This document shows, one piece after another, positions 63,280 to 64,000 of a stretch of 64,000 bases of DNA; the stretch's first letter is position 1, and every line of letters begins with the position of its first letter. The notes beneath the pieces were generated by a model, which did no database searches, was not told the DNA's origin, and saw only the letters and a list, made by a program, of their open reading frames with translations. The stretch is from the NCBI RefSeq assembly GCF_009914755.1, contig NC_060932.1; one strand, 5' to 3'. Source of the DNA: the human T2T-CHM13v2.0 reference genome, Homo sapiens. The position numbers and the translations under genes were made by a program.

Positions 63280-63973
63280 GCAAGCTAAATGCAAGGGGTT
63301 TATTGGATTGGTGCCCGGACCATCCATAGCGAACGGCAGCAAGTATCATTCGATCATACACAGAAAGAAAAATAGGTGGTGAGTGGTGGAGGTGAGGAGG
63401 GACAGCTGGCAGTCATGACGCCTGCAACACACTTCCCCAGAGTATCATAAGGAAGCTGGAAGCAAAGCCTTCTACATTCCTACACCCCTGGCCGACCGAT
63501 CGAAAGGTCTTCAAACCTGTAATTGTACACTTTAGTTTGCAAGGCAATCAAAGACTGGATTTCACTCACAATAGTCTTTCAATGTGACTTTTGTCCTACT
63601 GGATATGCTATAATAAAACCTAAGTTACAACGCAAAGAAAGAAATCAAAACAATCACTATAAAGTCCATTTTCTCTGCCAAGATGAGTGGAAGTATATGA
63701 AGTCAAATTTGAATCTGCATGGAGGATTGACAATATGTACAAACACGTAAGCCAAGGTGAGGACATAGTGGAGGAGTTAAAGGAATGGTGAGCAGTGACC
63801 TGGGAATTAGAAGTCGTGGGGCTTGGCCCCAGTGCCATTGGTACCAGTTGTGGGACCTAAGCAGACTGTGGCTCGCTTGGCCTTGATGTCCTGGTTGTTA
63901 AAATTATAGGCTGGCTCAACATCCCAACAACCCTTTCTGGCTCCTCTTATGGTAACTTTTGCATAAGTGGAAA
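63280..63973 (-). other. Candidate 3' terminal exon of an unidentified - strand transcript
   Basis: Minus-strand acceptor TTTGTGTTCTCTTTTCTGCAG| at 63974, AATAAA at 63304-63299, U-rich downstream element, unique sequence. Confidence 0.35.
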
Positions 63974-64000
63974 CTGCAGAAAAGAGAACACAAAGCCTCT

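Noticed and set aside
63296-63370. snoRNA-like look of a CpG-containing segment
   Set aside because: No proper C/D box pair or terminal stem.

Overview
Primate (human-like) euchromatic DNA dominated by interspersed repeats. No intact protein-coding gene can be recognised. Contents: about 25 Alu/FLAM/FRAM copies, many L1 fragments (including a 3.8 kb 5'-truncated L1PA with target-site duplications, TSDs), L2/MIR relics, DNA transposons (an essentially full-length Tigger4/Zombi with a decayed pogo transposase, plus MER1A, MER3, MER20, MER58, MER63) and solo LTRs (LTR10, MER41, MER57A, MER39, MER21, MLT1). The most notable structures are: (1) an LTR10 solo LTR whose internal VNTR has expanded to ~730 bp with ~35 AP-1-like TGACTAA and ~25 CAGGTG motifs; (2) an Alu with a twin-priming 5' inversion; (3) an old inverted duplication inside the Tigger4; (4) an apparently internally primed L1 fragment; (5) a 1.1 kb polypurine/GGAA tract grown out of an Alu-monomer tail; (6) splice and polyA signals suggesting convergent 3' terminal exons near 11.5-12.1 kb (+) and 63.3-64.0 kb (-). 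Repeat family names come from recalled consensus sequences and need RepeatMasker/Dfam confirmation. I found no evidence for a new multi-gene system.
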